The notes under the pieces: model-generated | The model's input: only the letters and a program-made list of their open reading frames with translations | The model's database searches: none | Told to the model about the DNA's origin: nothing | Made by a program: the position numbers and the translations under genes | Shown here: positions 16,634 through 25,200 of the stretch, piece by piece | Layout of the letters: every line of letters begins with the position of its first letter | Numbering within the stretch: position 1 is the first letter of the stretch | Assembly (NCBI RefSeq): GCF_000698785.1 | Contig: NZ_CP007536.1 | Location: 720,001-752,000, forward strand | Direction of reading: 5' to 3' | DNA length: 32,000 bases | From: Nitrososphaera viennensis EN76 | GTDB lineage: Archaea > Thermoproteota > Nitrososphaeria > Nitrososphaerales > Nitrososphaeraceae

Positions 16634-17257
16634 ATGATATTCCATCCGAGGTTTTCGCTCGTCTTCATACCCTTGTTCTTTATGGCCAAGTTGATCGACG
16701 GGGTGGCCAAGGCGCAGCACATGCCAGCACCGCTCGGATGGGTGGGAGAGGATGCCCTGGTTCTTTACTATGCAGTATATGGTACGCTCAGTGGCCTCCA
16801 TGTCATTGAATGGCTTGGCGTAGTGAGCCTGTTTGCCGTTGCCATCCACTACCTGTACGTCACCCGAAGGAGGATGCCACTCAAGATAAAGAAGGAAATA
16901 TGGCACGCCACGTTCAAGGCGATATCTGCCTACCTGTTCGACATGATGTTCATAATCTCCGTATTCTTCAGCGCGTCTCTGAATCTGTTGAACGTTCTTG
17001 CCGCCCCACCTGATTGGTTCTCGACTGTGGTCCAGCTATATGGCACGGGAATGCTGGTCTTCAGCATACTCTTTACACGGATAAAACGCAAGATAGGTTT
17101 GGAGGTAAACGACCCTACAACATCTGCGCTGGATCCTATAGAGATTGTAGAAACCTTGTTTACAAGATTTAGAAGCTTGATTAAAAGAAGTTCTCCTTCC
17201 CCAGAGTGGAAGAAAAGGCGGCTCTTGCCCTGTCTTGTCAACAAGTCAACCAGCTGA
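16634..17257 (+). CDS. Hypothetical polytopic membrane protein
   Basis: Several hydrophobic helices. The track start is TTG 16586, so the first ATG (MIFHPRF) is chosen. The antisense ORF 16568-16906 is judged spurious. Confidence 0.45.
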   Translation: MIFHPRFSLVFIPLFFMAKLIDGVAKAQHMPAPLGWVGEDALVLYYAVYGTLSGLHVIEWLGVVSLFAVAIHYLYVTRRRMPLKIKKEIWHATFKAISAYLFDMMFIISVFFSASLNLLNVLAAPPDWFSTVVQLYGTGMLVFSILFTRIKRKIGLEVNDPTTSALDPIEIVETLFTRFRSLIKRSSPSPEWKKRRLLPCLVNKSTS

Positions 17258-17293
17258 ATAAATAATGTCTCCATGCCATTGAAACAACGTGTC

Positions 17294-18958
17294 CTAGTAT
17301 GGAAGGGTTGCGCCCCACTTCCAGAGCGCCTTCCAATGAGAGCCACCGTCCTTTACCGGCTCCACCTCAGAGATGCAATGCCTCTGATTATCGTCGATAG
17401 TATAGTAGGCAGGACAGGAAAAAGATATGGACGCCTTGCCATAGTCTAACGCTGCTTTGTTTGAAGAAGCGATGCCAAACTGGTAAAAATGCGCCACTCC
17501 AGACGGCGGATTGAACAAAACTGCCAAGGGCGAAATGTCCTTGAAATCTCCGATATTGAAATAGGGATTCTCGATGTCAGGCAATTGAAATGAGCTGAAA
17601 ACGGACCATCTATCGTCAGCGGCTGTTTTGTAATACCACCTTGCAAATCTTTCGTCGCTATCGATCTCCATCGCAAGGGCGACGCGCCGGGATTCTGATT
17701 GCAGCGGTACAATGCCTTTGTGAATTTCCTGCTGCCACGGCATTGCGGAGCATGCAACATTTTGATCGCATACTCCCCATGCCCGGGCAACCAGGTACCT
17801 GTTTCCGTTGCTTCCAAATAGAATGTCTGCCCTGTAGCCGTAATCAAGTCCGTCTTTGCAGCAGTTAGGAGATTGGGCTCCCATTCCTGCAAGCACAGGA
17901 CTTCCATTCTGCAAAATGCTCTGGTTCAAGTCCGCAAAATCAACCTCTATTTCCACCCGTTTGGTTGGGAAATGCTCATGCGTATAGATCAGGCCGCTGT
18001 AGTAGGTTGGCAAGTTCCACGAGACATTCTCTGTCTGATGCCCGCTGCTGCCTGTTTTTTCTAAATCCATAGGGACATCCAGGAACGGATGGGACGCGGA
18101 AATGAAAAAGCCTGTTATTATCACGACGCATGCCATCGCGGCGGCCTTTTTCTTTGTTCCATAGGCATTGTGATTCTGTTGTTTGGCAAGCAAGTCATGA
18201 GCATATTTTCTGGCCAATATTGTTGTCGCGGTCCCGATTACGATAACGACCAGAGGAACCAGCACGCTGCCACTGGTCCGGAATGAATAAAACAATGCAA
18301 TCAGCACCGGGCCGCTTGCCATGCCTATACACACAGAAGATAGCAGCGCCTTTCTAATGTCAAATAGCGACGCGACTATTCCGGAGAGGGCAAATGGCAC
18401 AGTCGCGGCATAGATCAAAAGCGGGATGCCAACCGCGTATTCTTGACTAGTGTTGTACAAGATTGCATAAGGGTAATAAGCCAAGAAAAGGCAGGTTGTG
18501 TTCGAAAATACGAATCCTGCTATGGATCTTGATCTGACATGGTTCTTGTTGTTTGCAAAGTCTGCTTTCTTCTTTAGCACTAATCCAACCAGCATTCCGG
18601 TTGATACAGTTACAAAAAGCAGGGCCCATAGCGTCAGCCAGCCCATGTTACCCGGACCAGAATCATAGCACTGCCTATGATCGCAAAATTGAAACAAGAG
18701 CAAAATCAATATCGACAGAGCTGACGCCGACAAAATCAGCCGAAGCAATATACCGCGAAAAGTTGACGAAAGCATTGCCAGAATGGTGCCAAGACACAAC
18801 TCGCTTATCAGAAAGAACCACAGCCTTGCGCCCGAGAATGTAAAAAACGTCCCGTCACCTTTGACGTACAGGCTAAAAGTATATGCTTCAAAGAGAAAGG
18901 GTGCGAGGACAAGACAAGAGATCGTTGAGGCAGGCAGAATCAGGCGCAAAGGCGGCAA
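17294..18958 (-). CDS. Large hypothetical membrane protein (about 9 TM helices plus a roughly 250-aa Cys-containing C-terminal soluble domain)
   Basis: 554-aa ORF. The N-terminal 300 aa are strongly hydrophobic. The C-terminal domain has Trp/Tyr/Cys-rich sequence (SPNCCKDGLDYGYRADILFG ... WGVCDQNVACSAMPW). No family recognised. Confidence 0.6.
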   Translation of the reverse strand: MPPLRLILPASTISCLVLAPFLFEAYTFSLYVKGDGTFFTFSGARLWFFLISELCLGTILAMLSSTFRGILLRLILSASALSILILLLFQFCDHRQCYDSGPGNMGWLTLWALLFVTVSTGMLVGLVLKKKADFANNKNHVRSRSIAGFVFSNTTCLFLAYYPYAILYNTSQEYAVGIPLLIYAATVPFALSGIVASLFDIRKALLSSVCIGMASGPVLIALFYSFRTSGSVLVPLVVIVIGTATTILARKYAHDLLAKQQNHNAYGTKKKAAAMACVVIITGFFISASHPFLDVPMDLEKTGSSGHQTENVSWNLPTYYSGLIYTHEHFPTKRVEIEVDFADLNQSILQNGSPVLAGMGAQSPNCCKDGLDYGYRADILFGSNGNRYLVARAWGVCDQNVACSAMPWQQEIHKGIVPLQSESRRVALAMEIDSDERFARWYYKTAADDRWSVFSSFQLPDIENPYFNIGDFKDISPLAVLFNPPSGVAHFYQFGIASSNKAALDYGKASISFSCPAYYTIDDNQRHCISEVEPVKDGGSHWKALWKWGATLPY

Positions 18959-19180
18959 AATAGGATATCATAATACTGGCATCCTCTGGATAAATTGTTT
19001 ATTGTAATGCCGGCACAGTCAAGACAATTGCATGATCCGATGATGTTGCAGTGCGCGTTATGGAAACTCTTTTCAAAATGTTTGAATCTTAATGTGTCTA
19101 GAGACAAAGCCATGAGAGAAAATGCGTCGCATGCGCCTGGCCCGCTCTCAGGAAAAGTCGGCAGGATGTGGTGAGCGAAA

Positions 19181-20308
19181 TTGCCAGAAGGCAAGAACAA
19201 AGGTCAAAGAGCACGGGTCTTCCAAGGAGGCGGCGCGCTTGGTGCCTACGAAGCCGGCACCTACCAACAGATCTATAAAAAAGTCAGCCAGGAAAACGCG
19301 GACGGCAGGCTGTTTGATATTATCACAGGTACTTCTATAGGGGCCATAAATTCCACGGTCTTGGTAGGACACTATCTCAGGAACAACAGCTGGAAAGGCT
19401 CTGCAGAGAAAATCTTGGAATTCTGGAAAGGACTTATGTGCACCACTATTGCGGATGATCTGTTCGGCAGGAACCCGTTTATCCGCAACTCATGGGACTA
19501 TTTACACGCGACCAATTCCGGCATAGCCGATACAGAAAGTGCCAGAAGGTTCTGGTCGATTTTCGAGTTTGCCTTCACCCCACGCGGGGTACCAAACATG
19601 TATGAATCTGTCCCAACATGGGGCTCCAAGTTCCTCAACCCGTTTACGGATTTCTTGCCGTGGTGGCGGTACGACTATAGGCAATTGAGGAGCTATCTTT
19701 CAAAGTTCGTCGATTTCCCCATAAAAACAAGTCTTGAAAAAGGACAGCCAAGATTGCTTCTCACCAGCGTTGACATTCAGGATTATGCGACACCGGTGGT
19801 ATTTGACAGCTATGAAAAACTGCATGACGCTTCCGTTAATGATGATGTTACCATTGACACAGCAAAAGAGGGAAAAAGTAAAAACAGCAGATGGTTTTCA
19901 GAATACGGAAATTCGGAAAACAGACACATTGTATTTTACGATGGAATCGGCCCAGATCAGGTGCTCGCAAGCGCTCTCGGCAAGTATGCTCTGGACCATC
20001 CTCAAATTGAGGATAAAGCAACTGGAACGGTACGGCAATTGTGGGACGGTGGATACCTAAGCAATACCCCGTTGCGTGAACTCTTGACAGCCCATAAAAA
20101 TTACTGGATGGAATATTTGCGAAAGAACCGTGGAGGCAGCCAAAAATCATTTACGCGGGCCCCAGAGCTTGAAGTGTACATCGTCAACCTGCATCCTCTG
20201 GCACCAAAGGATATTCCACAGGACAAGGATCTTATTGATGACAGAGAGAGAGTGATATTCTATTTCACGATAGGACTACGTACGATGAATACGTTGCGTA
20301 TGTCATGA
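19181..20308 (+). CDS. Patatin-like phospholipase, N-terminal catalytic part (frame-broken at its 3' end)
   Basis: Oxyanion motif VFQGGGALGAYEAG, nucleophile GTSIG (GxSxG) and catalytic Asp in WDGGYLSNTP. TTG start. The last 20 or so residues (VIFYFTIGLRTMNTLRMS) look out of frame. Confidence 0.8.
   Translation: MPEGKNKGQRARVFQGGGALGAYEAGTYQQIYKKVSQENADGRLFDIITGTSIGAINSTVLVGHYLRNNSWKGSAEKILEFWKGLMCTTIADDLFGRNPFIRNSWDYLHATNSGIADTESARRFWSIFEFAFTPRGVPNMYESVPTWGSKFLNPFTDFLPWWRYDYRQLRSYLSKFVDFPIKTSLEKGQPRLLLTSVDIQDYATPVVFDSYEKLHDASVNDDVTIDTAKEGKSKNSRWFSEYGNSENRHIVFYDGIGPDQVLASALGKYALDHPQIEDKATGTVRQLWDGGYLSNTPLRELLTAHKNYWMEYLRKNRGGSQKSFTRAPELEVYIVNLHPLAPKDIPQDKDLIDDRERVIFYFTIGLRTMNTLRMS
20243..20252 (+). 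repeat. (AG)5 dinucleotide repeat at the patatin frameshift site
   Basis: The sequence acAGAGAGAGAGtgat is read directly. Adding one AG unit joins the two patatin reading frames. Confidence 0.9.
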
Positions 20309-20913
20309 CAGACTATATCGACATGGCTAATGCCCTTGTCGAGCTTGCAAGATCAAAGGGCTTTTCAAAAAACGTTGAAGAGATTCTGGAAAGAGAAGCA
20401 AAAACCATTTCAAGGGTCGGCGAATACAGATTTACTACGTATAGGGACCTTTTGTATGGAAAGCCGCGCATATCGAAAGTCTGGCGGATAGACAGGCTAG
20501 AGAGCTCCGGCGCAACATTTGGCAAGGTCACGGACTTTACTCCCTCTTCCATCAGAAGGCTGATCCAATCTGGCGAGATCGATGCCAGGATTTCACTTGA
20601 TAGAATGGAGGTCATCTTTGCCATAGAAGACCTGATTTCTGACGGCATCATGTCGATAGAAGAGGGCGACGAGATAATAAGAGAGGCAAGGGAATTCTTG
20701 ACAACCGAGCAATTGTTATACAGAAAAAGAAAGGAAGAAGTGATAGAGGCTTACAACAGATTTGTCAAGATAATAGAATCCAAAGTCAAGTCGCCTGAGC
20801 GCAAAGAGATGTTGATCAGCCCTGGAAGAGATATTATCGCCATAGTTTCAGAAGCAGACGATGCCAGGCGTGCGAGCAACCATGATGATGAATCAATCGG
20901 CAGACTTGTTTGA
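20305..20913 (+). CDS. C-terminal portion of the same patatin-like protein (separate ORF due to frameshift)
   Basis: This frame stays open upstream to 20242 and reads QRESDILFHDRTTYDEYVAYVMTDYIDMANAL, continuing naturally from ...QDKDLIDDRER in the other frame. That the two ORFs form one protein is inference. Confidence 0.6.
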   Translation: MTDYIDMANALVELARSKGFSKNVEEILEREAKTISRVGEYRFTTYRDLLYGKPRISKVWRIDRLESSGATFGKVTDFTPSSIRRLIQSGEIDARISLDRMEVIFAIEDLISDGIMSIEEGDEIIREAREFLTTEQLLYRKRKEEVIEAYNRFVKIIESKVKSPERKEMLISPGRDIIAIVSEADDARRASNHDDESIGRLV

Positions 20914-20949
20914 ATTGTCGCGCTTTCAGATAGGAGATAGTCAAGCCCG

Positions 20950-21282
20950 GTGAGTTTACCTGAACTTCCTGACCCAATAGGCCGTTTCGTCGATGCGGTC
21001 AACCGAGGCGACACAGGGTCTTTTCTTGACTTTTTTCCTAGCGATGGCGTGGTGGATGACTCTGGGCGGCGCTTCGTTGGTCATGAAGCCATCCGGCGCT
21101 GGAGCGACCGGGAGTTCATCGGTGCAAAAGGGCGCATGACTGTTACAAGTGTCGAGCAAACGAAGAAGAACATAGTCAGCGTCGCGGCTGATTGGGCAAG
21201 CAACTACTTTACGGGTCCCAGCCGCTTTGTTTTTGTGCTCAAAGGCAAAAAAATTCAAGAGATCCGCATCATGAGCGTGTGA
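20950..21282 (+). CDS. NTF2/SnoaL-like domain protein
   Basis: FVDAVNRGDTGSFLDFFPSDGVVDDSGRRFVGHEAIRRW is the typical SnoaL-like N-terminal pattern. 110 aa, GTG start. Confidence 0.6.
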   Translation: MSLPELPDPIGRFVDAVNRGDTGSFLDFFPSDGVVDDSGRRFVGHEAIRRWSDREFIGAKGRMTVTSVEQTKKNIVSVAADWASNYFTGPSRFVFVLKGKKIQEIRIMSV

Positions 21283-21577
21283 CCATCATGAATTACACTG
21301 TCGTTCTTCTGCCTTGTCGCGAGCCCGTGAATTCACCGAGTTTCGCAAGAGGTTTGAATAGAACCATACAGTCTGCCAGTTATTCTTTATTCTAATATAT
21401 CTCTGCTGCGCCGGCGGCGACGCTAGCAAAATAATCATTATGACGGGAATGTTGAAAGCAAAACAGGGTTCGGACCCACAGAGGATGCGAGCACCAAATT
21501 AGAGAAGCAGAAGTCATCTTGGCAGCTGCAAAAGAAGAAGCCCTATTATTCCGATTGTGCAAAAAGACTGCAACAAT

Positions 21578-21925
21578 ATGGATTTTGCTCCTCAAAGAAT
21601 TGCTGACGACATCTTGCCAGCAGAAAAAATCGCGTTCATAGCGTACAACATCGGTGTGTACGAGTCGGTCCAGAAATTCGGCAGCCTCATAACATCTGGC
21701 AAGATAACTGGAGCTACCGATGCAGACAAGGTGGCGGAGCTGCTGGCCGAAACCAGGGCTTTTTACGATTCAGAGATGATATCACAGCTCATAAATTCAA
21801 TGATAAGGGCGCGTGAGTTGGCAGAGGGCGAAAAAACCCCAAATACTATTGGAAGCGTCACCGCAGCCAACGTAGAGTACGTCATGAAGCAATTAAAGGC
21901 GGCCGGAGTGTCATTAGGAAGATGA
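21578..21925 (+). CDS. Hypothetical protein
   Basis: Helical-looking 115-aa ORF starting at the ATG of MDFAPQ. No motifs recognised. Confidence 0.4.
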   Translation: MDFAPQRIADDILPAEKIAFIAYNIGVYESVQKFGSLITSGKITGATDADKVAELLAETRAFYDSEMISQLINSMIRARELAEGEKTPNTIGSVTAANVEYVMKQLKAAGVSLGR

Positions 21926-22135
21926 CAACACAACATATTGAAGATATATCTTTGTTGTCAAGCGCTCGGAAACCAAGAAAATGCTCTGAAAATTGGACTC
22001 CATAGTTTGAAGTCACAAAAAAATAAGACTTTTGGTTTTTGAAACTAACTCCTCTACTGAACTATTTTGTAAAATTCAATTTTGTCGCAAGCCGAATCCT
22101 AATGTGATAAATATCATCAGGTGGAGTCTAGCTGC

Positions 22136-22300
22136 ATGAGCAAAGGCGCAAGCGAAGGCGGGATCGGGACAGAGGAAGCCAAGGATCTAGAACTAGACGA
22201 GGAGCCAAGGCCAGTAAGGAAGGCGGGCAACGCTCCAGTTCCAGAGGCTGAAGATGCTGACCAGAAGAAGAAGCGGAAAGGCACGAGAAAAGTAGGCTAG
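22136..22300 (+). CDS. Possible small highly charged protein (54 aa)
   Basis: My own translation is MSKGASEGGIGTEEAKDLELDEEPRPVRKAGNAPVPEAEDADQKKKRKGTRKVG, preceded by ggtggag. The antisense track ORF 22128-22340 is low-complexity Leu/Ser/Arg and less plausible. Confidence 0.25.
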   Translation: MSKGASEGGIGTEEAKDLELDEEPRPVRKAGNAPVPEAEDADQKKKRKGTRKVG

Positions 22301-22324
22301 TAGACCAGACTCTTTTGAAGATAA

Positions 22325-22354
22325 GCACGCACACACACATACATACATGCGTGC
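22325..22354. repeat. Perfect alternating purine-pyrimidine tract (30 nt)
   Basis: gcacgcacacacacatacatacatgcgtgc, about 40 nt upstream of pdaD. Confidence 0.85.
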
Positions 22355-22391
22355 TAATTAATTAGGTCATTTTGCCAAGTTAGTAGGTGAT

Positions 22392-22979
22392 ATGGAACCA
22401 AGTAGCAGCAATATGCCGGTTGCCAGCCCCCTGTCATACGTGCCAAGGATGATGTTTTTTACAAAGGGAAAGGGCGTGCACAAGGACAACCTTACGAGTT
22501 TTGAGCTGGCGCTGAGAGACGCAGGCATTGCCGACCTCAACCTGGTCTCTGTCTCCAGCATAAAGCCGCCGCATTGCAAGATTGTCGGCACAAAAGAAGG
22601 CAGGATCCATCTTCGCCCCGGCCAGGTGGCATTTGCAGTCATGGCCCGCTCTGCCACGAACGAGCCAAACAGGCTGATTGCCGCATCAGTCGGGCTTGCG
22701 ATGCCCGCCGACGACAGCCAGTACGGGTACCTCTCGGAGCACCACTCGACAGGCGAAACTGCGCAAAAGGCCGGAGACTATGCGGAGGACATGGCCATGG
22801 AGATGCTTGCCACCACGCTTGGGTTGCCCAACGACCCGAGCCTTGCATGGAACCAGAAGGAGGAGCAGTGGAAGCTTTCAGGCAAGATCTACAGGACGCA
22901 GAATTTCACGCAATCTGCGGAGGGCAACAAAGACGGCCTATGGACTACGGTAGTAAGTGCTGCCATACTGATCCTGTAG
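22392..22979 (+). CDS. pdaD: Pyruvoyl-dependent arginine decarboxylase
   Basis: VPRMMFFTKGKGVHKDNLTSFELALRDAGIADLNLVSVSSIKPP contains the PdaD self-cleavage region (VSS). The size is typical. Confidence 0.9.
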   Translation: MEPSSSNMPVASPLSYVPRMMFFTKGKGVHKDNLTSFELALRDAGIADLNLVSVSSIKPPHCKIVGTKEGRIHLRPGQVAFAVMARSATNEPNRLIAASVGLAMPADDSQYGYLSEHHSTGETAQKAGDYAEDMAMEMLATTLGLPNDPSLAWNQKEEQWKLSGKIYRTQNFTQSAEGNKDGLWTTVVSAAILIL

Positions 22980-23228
22980 GTACATGCGCGCGTCCATAAG
23001 AGAAATAATGCGAGTTGTAGGATTCATGCATGTGTTTTTACTAGTAAGAGAGTTCAAATTTGATTGGACCCATCTTAATGAGTGGGCATATACAAGACTC
23101 CTCGGATTTGTGATTTTACGTTGATTGATGAAGAAGAATTTTCACCATATTTAGCGTATTGGCACCAATTATTAGAGATAGATCGTGTTGCTTATATCGA
23201 ACATACTTAGTATTTGCTATAATAACGC

Positions 23229-24218
23229 TTGACCGCTGTTCCCAAAGAACTCATCTATGTTGTAATCAGTAGTGGACTCCTTGTGGTTGTGGGGACCGCA
23301 ATGTGGGAGTTAATTCGATTGCCTGATGTTGGCATGGGGACAAAGGATTCAACTCTTGATGGCAATACACTCAACTCGACATTTTATATGAAGAACAACG
23401 GCCTGCTTACAGTGCACAATGTCCGCGTTACCCTCAATTCAAATGTCGAATTACTAGATATTCAAGAGGGATTCCACACAGAAAAATTTGACATCGTTGC
23501 CAATGGTGAAAGGTCGATAATAATCGACGCACCTAGGCTTTCTACTCAAACCGAAATCGATTTGCGGATTTCAATGAATATAACAGGAAGCAAGAACATA
23601 ACGTTGAAGGGATTTGCGTCATACGATGAGAAAAGCAACATTGTCGAGCTAGAATACAACCGATCTAATCAAGAGTTTGCTCCAAGTATTTTCACCTTTC
23701 TAACCTTCATCATCACCATCCTTTTCATAATACTGGTTGTAGTAATAGTATCTCTAGTTGTCATCACCATCTATGTCATAAGACGGAAACGACGATTTGA
23801 CAGATTGCGCACGGCATTAGACAGCATATCAGAACTTGGAAATTCTTTTAACAAAACAAAAGAGAAATTTGTTGAAGTTATAGAACAGGAAATATCAAGA
23901 GCAAATGCCCAACTTTCCAAAGACATTACAAATAAGACTATACTTTCAACGGATATCTGGGATAAGGCATCACAGAAATGGAAAAAGACATTCTTTGAAG
24001 ATAATGATTATGAAATAGTAAATAGATTCTATACAGAGACAAGAAGAAGAAACGTAAAGGTTGAAACTGCGCCTGATAAGTTGACTGAAGACGAATTGCG
24101 AGTACTAAATCAGGAGTGTTATTATTTATCCCGATTGGCTCTGAATGATGTGCGTTGGCCTCTAAAAAAACAGGGCGAACCCAACAAAAACCAATTTCGG
24201 ATAAATCAACTTAGATAA
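23229..24218 (+). CDS. Hypothetical 2-TM membrane protein (beta-rich ectodomain, cytoplasmic helical/coiled-coil tail)
   Basis: 329-aa ORF in AT-rich DNA with a TTG start. It has an N-terminal TM, an N/T/S-rich roughly 130-aa segment, a long second TM (IFTFLTFIITILFIILVVVIVSLVVITIYVI) followed by RRKRR, then a K/E-rich tail. Confidence 0.5.
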   Translation: MTAVPKELIYVVISSGLLVVVGTAMWELIRLPDVGMGTKDSTLDGNTLNSTFYMKNNGLLTVHNVRVTLNSNVELLDIQEGFHTEKFDIVANGERSIIIDAPRLSTQTEIDLRISMNITGSKNITLKGFASYDEKSNIVELEYNRSNQEFAPSIFTFLTFIITILFIILVVVIVSLVVITIYVIRRKRRFDRLRTALDSISELGNSFNKTKEKFVEVIEQEISRANAQLSKDITNKTILSTDIWDKASQKWKKTFFEDNDYEIVNRFYTETRRRNVKVETAPDKLTEDELRVLNQECYYLSRLALNDVRWPLKKQGEPNKNQFRINQLR

Positions 24219-24246
24219 CCTAACAAATCCCGATGTTGGATTGTGA

Positions 24247-24423
24247 TTATTTGTTAATCTTCCTGAAGACCTTTTGATATACTCTAATTGTTTTCCCCGC
24301 TGAAAGTTTCTTTTGTTGATACCATAGCCCGGATTTGCTGATGCCTAGTCTCTTCCTCTCATCTGGAGTTATTGAAAGTATACGCTGGGAAATCTCCAAA
24401 TTATCATTCCTCTTGATCACCAT
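24247..24423 (-). pseudogene. 58-codon HTH-like ORF, probably the 3' remnant of a frame-broken gene
   Basis: My translation is MVIKRNDNLEISQRILSITPDERKRLGISKSGLWYQQKKLSAGKTIRVYQKVFRKINK, with an HTH-like core LGISKSGLWYQQKK. An upstream ORF in another frame (..MNAKSYFKIEMPLTKLFFRITCERLPILLLARVSGLILMCPHGDQEE) ends overlapping its start. Confidence 0.3.
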
Positions 24424-24862
24424 GCGGGCACATCAAAATCAATCCGCTTACTCTTGCCAATAACAAAATAGGCAATCTCTCGCACGTTATTCTAAAGAAT
24501 AGTTTGGTAAGTGGCATTTCTATTTTGAAGTAGGACTTTGCATTCATGTTCAACTTTACCTTTTCAATCAAAACATTAGCCGTCCGTTCTTTGAGCCGGA
24601 CATGGTAGTTCTGTCACGACGAAATCCGATTTCTTTAACCTCTTCTTTTCTTCCAGCAGCTGTATAACTAACAGGTCAGCAGCCTACCGGAACAACTCTT
24701 GCAAGTCATATTATACTAACGACTCTTTGCTTTCATCAAGTTCATCCAAGAAACCGATTGCAGGGCCTGACCTGATAGCATATACGCTTGCGCAAGCCTC
24801 TGCGCTATAAAAGAACTAACAGCAAGATCTACAACTACGCTTGTATTTGTAGTCCACTGGAA

Positions 24863-24885
24863 ACGCGCACGCACATATACATGTA
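24863..24885. repeat. Perfect alternating purine-pyrimidine tract (23 nt)
   Basis: acgcgcacgcacatatacatgta, in the decayed AT-rich region. Confidence 0.85.
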
Positions 24886-25080
24886 AATAAGGTGCGGGGG
24901 GTGCGATATAAGGATTGAGTTCGGTGCGGTGGATCTGCTTTCCCGAAATTATTGACCCAACCCGATGATTCTATGGTCGAACTGGACATAATAAGAAGAA
25001 AAGACTGAAATCGTCAGTGAATGGGAATGACGTTTTCATCACCCGTGACATCTTCAGGTTGCAGAATGTCAACGAATCAC

Positions 25081-25152
25081 GGGCCGAGATAGATAGCTTT
25101 ATTTTGGCGCGCTATAGGTCAATCGCCACGAGTTCAAATCCCTCTGGGCCCG
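25081..25152 (+). other. tRNA-like remnant / pseudo-tRNA (intact T-loop, 3' T-stem and acceptor 3' strand; degenerate 5' two-thirds)
   Basis: The 72-nt segment is GGGCCGA...GAGTTCAAATCCCTCTGGGCCCG. The ends pair 6 of 7 as an acceptor stem and TTCAAAT is a canonical T-loop. The D arm, anticodon arm and 5' T-stem cannot be folded. Confidence 0.3.
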
Positions 25153-25200
25153 CTACTCTTTAGTATCGGAACCCTGCTTTTTGACCCGTTAGCCATGCTC

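Noticed and set aside
21923-21960. Inverted repeat TGACAACA...TGTTGTCA enclosing the 12-bp palindrome AAGATATATCTT at the stop codon of gene 21578-21925
   Set aside because: The structure is real in the sequence, but archaeal termination relies mainly on oligo-T tracts and the stem is short with a long loop. There is no second copy or other support for a function, so it is recorded only as a possible terminator or binding site.
25081-25152. Functional tRNA gene
   Set aside because: Only the acceptor ends, T-loop and 3' T-stem fit. The 5' T-stem pairs at 2 of 5 positions and no D arm or anticodon arm can be drawn. It is reported as a remnant rather than a tRNA.
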